Shown piece by piece: positions 60,527 to 64,000 of a DNA stretch of 64,000 nucleotides (positions are counted from its first letter, which is position 1; each line of letters starts with the position of its first letter). The notes under the pieces were generated by a model. The model ran no database searches. It saw nothing but the letters and a program-made list of their open reading frames with translations, and was not told the origin of the DNA. The position numbers and the translations under genes were made by a program. This stretch comes from a virus: the IMG/VR virus record IMGVR_UViG_3300044697_000009, positions 1 to 64,000 of that record. The stretch is one strand, 5' to 3'.

Positions 60527-61000
60527 ATGGAAACTGTTCTTAATACAAATGAAATTAAAGAAATTGCAAATTCATCTAACACAGCTAAAGCGATTTTTAA
60601 TGAACTCGGCAGACGTGTCAGGTCCCGGTCGAGACTTGATCTTCGAAAACTGAAATACGAAATTTTGTCAAGTGGAAATCAAGTAGTTGACGAAGAATAT
60701 GTCGAAACGTTTAAAAAACTTCAGGCCTCGGGAGCTGGTAAACTCGTTAGCGGAAGACTTGGAAATCCAACTAGATTTATTTGGAATTATAAATTGAAAG
60801 ATGTTACAAATTCCGCATTTGAACCTGAAACTAAAGTTAATGAGCCTGGTATTAAACCGGTGAGACGTAAATCCAAGACTCGATCTAAGCACAAAGACTT
60901 GTCATTGGCGCCCATTACAATAACGTTTCAACTTCCAAATGATATCAGAAGCGAAGATTTGAGTGCATTAATGAGTCTAGTAAAGGAATTATCGAAATGA
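60527..61000 (+). CDS. Putative winged-helix DNA-binding protein
   Basis: FKKL...G.GK.V.GR.G.PTRF.W helix-wing pattern. Confidence 0.5.
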   Translation: METVLNTNEIKEIANSSNTAKAIFNELGRRVRSRSRLDLRKLKYEILSSGNQVVDEEYVETFKKLQASGAGKLVSGRLGNPTRFIWNYKLKDVTNSAFEPETKVNEPGIKPVRRKSKTRSKHKDLSLAPITITFQLPNDIRSEDLSALMSLVKELSK

Positions 61001-61323
61001 AAGTATTAGTGATTGAAAGTGACTACGACCTGGCTGAGAGTTTAAAACTAGCTATCAATAACCTTGGTGCAGAAGTTGATATAGCATTTGATATAAAAAC
61101 GGCAGCTAAGCTTTTGAATTACCATTATGATTTAATACTAGCTGACCATATGCTATTAAAAGTATCAGGGAATTTTGATATCTTATCTAAAGTCAAGTCT
61201 AATTCGGTCGTAGTCCTTTCTTCACTAACACCTAACGAAACAAAGGAATTGAAGTACAACCATATACAAAAACCATTCGGATTAAAAGAAATAGAAGATT
61301 ATATAAACCCTAAACACCCGTAG
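60997..61323 (+). CDS. Stand-alone response regulator receiver (CheY-like) protein
   Basis: KVLVIESD, YDLILAD phospho-acceptor, VVVLSS, QKPF. Confidence 0.8.
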   Translation: MKVLVIESDYDLAESLKLAINNLGAEVDIAFDIKTAAKLLNYHYDLILADHMLLKVSGNFDILSKVKSNSVVVLSSLTPNETKELKYNHIQKPFGLKEIEDYINPKHP

Positions 61324-61471
61324 AAGTTTTATACACTTGGATTCTATAATAATTTCCTTATGTTATAGTGTCTGAGTCTAATACTATCTAAGACTTATAC
61401 ATGGCAGAGTTTTAATTCTCTAATGATTTCAATCCCCTAACATTGGCACGAACTGTGAAATACCAATTACC

Positions 61472-61910
61472 AGACAGCACGAGTAACGAGACGATAAGAT
61501 CTACTCGGAAGCAAGTCGAAGTAAGGTGGTTGACTTCAAGTATTGAGATGACATAATGTAGGTAAATTAGTGGACGGTCTTTAGACTTATGGAACTAGTT
61601 CGAAACATTAGTAGTCGGTATCAAGTAAACCTTGCAAGCTTAACAAGTACTATGAGAAAAAGTCGTTGCTTTTTCCATGGGATACGGATGGCGGGTTACC
61701 ATCACGGGACGAATCTCCCGGCGGACAGCGGACCTTACTTACCTCGGGGCTTTAATGCCTAAAACACAGGGGTTATACGGAATCACGAAACACGCGGTTT
61801 CCCAAGAGAAGTACGGCAACGATGCTTTAACCGTGGAAATAAGGATTCTTTCGAATAAAAGTCGAAACGGCGGGATAGCATGGCCTAGGCCTAAACTTTC
61901 CTAGCTGTCT
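61472..61910 (+). ncRNA. Putative large structured non-coding RNA (~440 nt)
   Basis: Ends pair (AGACAGC/GCTGTCT); many nested helices; 8-bp loop pseudoknot; GC-richer than flanks. Confidence 0.65.
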
Positions 61911-61914
61911 AACG

Positions 61915-62127
61915 ATGAGGTCGTTACTGATGAGACTATCTAAAACTGTAATTATTAAAATGACTAGAAAAGATGCCGAAGAATTAGGTCTTCTGATTTG
62001 TAAATGTGGGCATCCTAGAAACAATCATTTTGATTTTGATGAAAAACCTTGCGCACATTGTCCATGTAAATATTTTCACGAAATTTCTCGACGTGGTATT
62101 ATAATTAAATCAAGGAGTAAAAAATGA
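61915..62127 (+). CDS. Small Cys/His-rich protein
   Basis: CKCGH...H...C.HC.C. Confidence 0.6.
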   Translation: MRSLLMRLSKTVIIKMTRKDAEELGLLICKCGHPRNNHFDFDEKPCAHCPCKYFHEISRRGIIIKSRSKK

Positions 62128-62234
62128 TAATTAGTACATCCAATTGCATGGTTTCTTTATTTAATCTTTTTTGGATTTAAAGTAGGAAGAAAATGTAAAA
62201 TGAGATACTTTGAATATCAAGTTAGGAATCGAAA

Positions 62235-62564
62235 ATGAAGTTTTACTTAACAATATTCGCATTGATTTTATTAGGCTGTAGTCCTGGAGACTACGCTACG
62301 TTACAAGGCCCACCAGGGCCGCAAGGTCCTATTGGAAATCCTGGTAGTAGTGTTACAATGGTACAGTTTTGTTCGAATTATTCAACTACATACCCGTCAA
62401 CATTTCCTGAATACGGATTCTGTGTATCAAATAATCTTTATGCAACGTATTGGAATGGGACAGATGCTTGGACTGCGGAAATCGTACCTGGGTATTATGA
62501 TTCAACATCAACGTCTGCTCCTTGTAGTTTTACTGTTTTACCTAACTGTGTGGTGGAAAATTGA
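62235..62564 (+). CDS. Lipoprotein with short collagen-like repeat
   Basis: Lipobox LLGC; GPPGPQGPIGNPG; four further Cys. Confidence 0.75.
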   Translation: MKFYLTIFALILLGCSPGDYATLQGPPGPQGPIGNPGSSVTMVQFCSNYSTTYPSTFPEYGFCVSNNLYATYWNGTDAWTAEIVPGYYDSTSTSAPCSFTVLPNCVVEN

Positions 62565-62782
62565 ATCGCAAATACAAACGTCTTAATAAATTTATGTTGA
62601 AATTCTTACAACCCGGAGTTAAAGTAAAATACGTAGGAAATCTTCGAGAAAATCATCATTATAAATTAAAACGTTATAAAGTCTATGAATTCATTAATTA
62701 TTTTGGTTACAATCATGTGATTATTCATGCTGAGAATCGTAATATCAACGTTCCATGCCATGCATTTACATTGGATATCTAA
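62561..62782 (+). CDS. FTLDL-family small protein, copy 4
   Basis: LKFLQPGVKVKY...VYEF...AFTLDI. Confidence 0.7.
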   Translation: MNRKYKRLNKFMLKFLQPGVKVKYVGNLRENHHYKLKRYKVYEFINYFGYNHVIIHAENRNINVPCHAFTLDI

Positions 62783-62994
62783 TGAAGACATTTCCTAAAC
62801 ATTTAAAAAAACTTCTAGTACCTGGAGTTAAACTAAAGTGTGTAGATGATTCTTCAAATACGCGTAAAGATAAAATAAAAATGAATGAGATTTACACATT
62901 TGACGGCTGGCATGAAGTATGGGACAATGAAATTTATATAAAAGAAAACAATCAGTCTTGGTTTATAGATCGGTTTACATTGGATTTAGAATGA
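62782..62994 (+). CDS. FTLDL-family small protein, copy 5
   Basis: LLVPGVKLKC...EIYTF...RFTLDLE; ATG 62782. Confidence 0.7.
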   Translation: MKTFPKHLKKLLVPGVKLKCVDDSSNTRKDKIKMNEIYTFDGWHEVWDNEIYIKENNQSWFIDRFTLDLE

Positions 62995-63305
62995 CCCTCA
63001 CTGCTGAAGCATTAAAATTTTTGCCAGATGGCACAAGACTTAGAAGCCTAGTGAATGATGTTGGTCTTGAATTTAATAAAATCTATACTTTAGATATATT
63101 TCCTAAGACTTATTCCACACTTAATGGAATGTTAAAAGAATTATACGCAGATAAATTAATTGAATTAATTCCTGATGGCGTAGGTTTATTATCTAAAATC
63201 AAGTTTAATCGCACTGAATTTAAAACACAAGTATTATCACTCAAAGAATTTCCATATAAAGAATTCCCTATTAGTTATTTTTCTCTAGACTTGGAGTCAT
63301 TATGA
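62991..63305 (+). CDS. FTLDL-family protein, copy 6, carrying a major-capsid N-terminal segment
   Basis: LKFLPDGTRL...KIYTL...[TLNGMLKELYADKLIELIPDGVGLLSKIKF]...YFSLDLE. Confidence 0.8.
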   Translation: MTLTAEALKFLPDGTRLRSLVNDVGLEFNKIYTLDIFPKTYSTLNGMLKELYADKLIELIPDGVGLLSKIKFNRTEFKTQVLSLKEFPYKEFPISYFSLDLESL

Positions 63306-63478
63306 AAATGAAAATCGTTGAATCCTTGAAACCAATCTGTGTAATCTGTGGCGAAAAAAACCTAGAGTTGTATTACAATGACACAGAAGTCCGGTGTTTA
63401 AAATGTATTCCAACAGGGCATAATGTCGAAACTAGAAATGAAACGTTTGAAGTCAAGAAACCTGAGGCGTTACACTAA
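63302..63478 (+). CDS. Small Zn-ribbon protein (58 aa, not in ORF track)
   Basis: CVICG...CLKC; ATGA and TAATG overlaps on either side. Confidence 0.6.
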   Translation: MKMKIVESLKPICVICGEKNLELYYNDTEVRCLKCIPTGHNVETRNETFEVKKPEALH

Positions 63479-63759
63479 TGTGGAAAGTTGGCGATAAAAT
63501 CAAATGTATTTTATATGATGGCGATTCTATCCAACCTTGGATAACTATAGGAAAGACCTATGAAATACTCGAAGTCATAAAAAATTATCATTACGATAAT
63601 GAACATAAAGATAAATATAATCAACAATATAGAATAATGAATGACCAAGGTGGAAGTTGGTGGATACAACCGCATTGTTTTAAACTAGTATTTAAAACTA
63701 CGGGCCCAGAGAAATCTGAAGTCGAAATCCTGGATAGAATACAAGAGAATTTTAAATGA
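63478..63759 (+). CDS. SH3/KOW-like small protein, distant relative of the FTLDL family
   Basis: KVGDKIKCI...ITIGKTYEI...CFKL. Confidence 0.6.
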   Translation: MWKVGDKIKCILYDGDSIQPWITIGKTYEILEVIKNYHYDNEHKDKYNQQYRIMNDQGGSWWIQPHCFKLVFKTTGPEKSEVEILDRIQENFK

Positions 63760-63974
63760 AACCATTAGATGAAACTACAGTAAAATTCCTAACGCCCGGA
63801 GTGAAATTAAAATGTATCGTTAAGGGGGAAAAATATTCTCTACAAACAAATAAAACATACACATTTAACAACATATCTGGAATAATTAACGATATAACAG
63901 TAATTTGTGTTATGGAAGGAAATAAAAAATTAGGCCCATATTTTGCTTATAGATTTACATTGGATTTAGAATGA
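63756..63974 (+). CDS. FTLDL-family small protein, copy 7
   Basis: MKPLDE..VKFLTPGVKLKC...YTF...RFTLDLE. Confidence 0.7.
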   Translation: MKPLDETTVKFLTPGVKLKCIVKGEKYSLQTNKTYTFNNISGIINDITVICVMEGNKKLGPYFAYRFTLDLE

Positions 63975-64000
63975 CTGATATTGAATACAAACTTTTAACT
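63971..64000 (+). CDS. FTLDL-family copy 8, truncated by the window edge
   Basis: MTDIEYKLLT matches copy 1 (LTELEYKLLT). Confidence 0.5.
   Translation, partial: MTDIEYKLLT

Noticed and set aside
61472-61910. Assignment as tmRNA, RNase P RNA or group I/II intron
   Set aside because: No tRNA-like ends, no GAGGAAAGUCC motif, no GUGCG start or recognisable domain V / P7 core, and no interrupted gene
61677-62024. ORFs 61677-61904 (+) and 61827-62024 (-)
   Set aside because: No RBS, atypical composition; region better explained as structured RNA
57175-64000. FTLDL junction repeats as a CRISPR array, integron attC sites or DGR
   Set aside because: Repeats are coding, degenerate, non-palindromic and irregularly spaced; no cas, integrase or reverse transcriptase gene and no adenine-specific TR/VR pair seen in the window
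1-64000. Stop-codon reassignment or integrated prophage
   Set aside because: Genes tile densely under the standard code; no integrase, repressor or host flank seen

Overview
About 64 kb of an AT-rich tailed dsDNA phage genome with a podovirus-type layout; both ends of the window cut through genes. No integrase, reverse transcriptase, CRISPR array or host housekeeping genes were seen. Layout: (1) 1-11.5 kb, + strand: family B DNA polymerase, two glycosyltransferase-like genes, an NTP-transferase, an RNase H-fold exonuclease, a dNTP diphosphohydrolase, endonuclease VII, a secreted trypsin-like protease and small membrane proteins. (2) 11.5-52.8 kb, mostly - strand: terminase, portal, tail fibres, three Gly-rich paralogs, scaffold, major capsid, an inserted HNH/Mom-like fusion gene, adaptor, nozzle, ejection proteins, an M15 endolysin, a VTC polyphosphate-polymerase-like gene and a GIY-YIG nuclease. 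A recurring motif TTAATAACTATA precedes late units. (3) A 0.7-kb non-coding strand-switch region. (4) 53.5-64 kb, + strand, early region: tRNA-Ile(UAU), an AAA/vWA module, a lone receiver domain, a ~440-nt highly base-paired non-coding element and a family of 8-9 ~70-aa paralogs ending in FTLDL. The most striking observation is that one paralog carries a 30-aa copy of the major capsid N-terminus, conserved at protein level (23/30 identical, many synonymous changes). All calls come from reading motifs by eye; no database searches were run.
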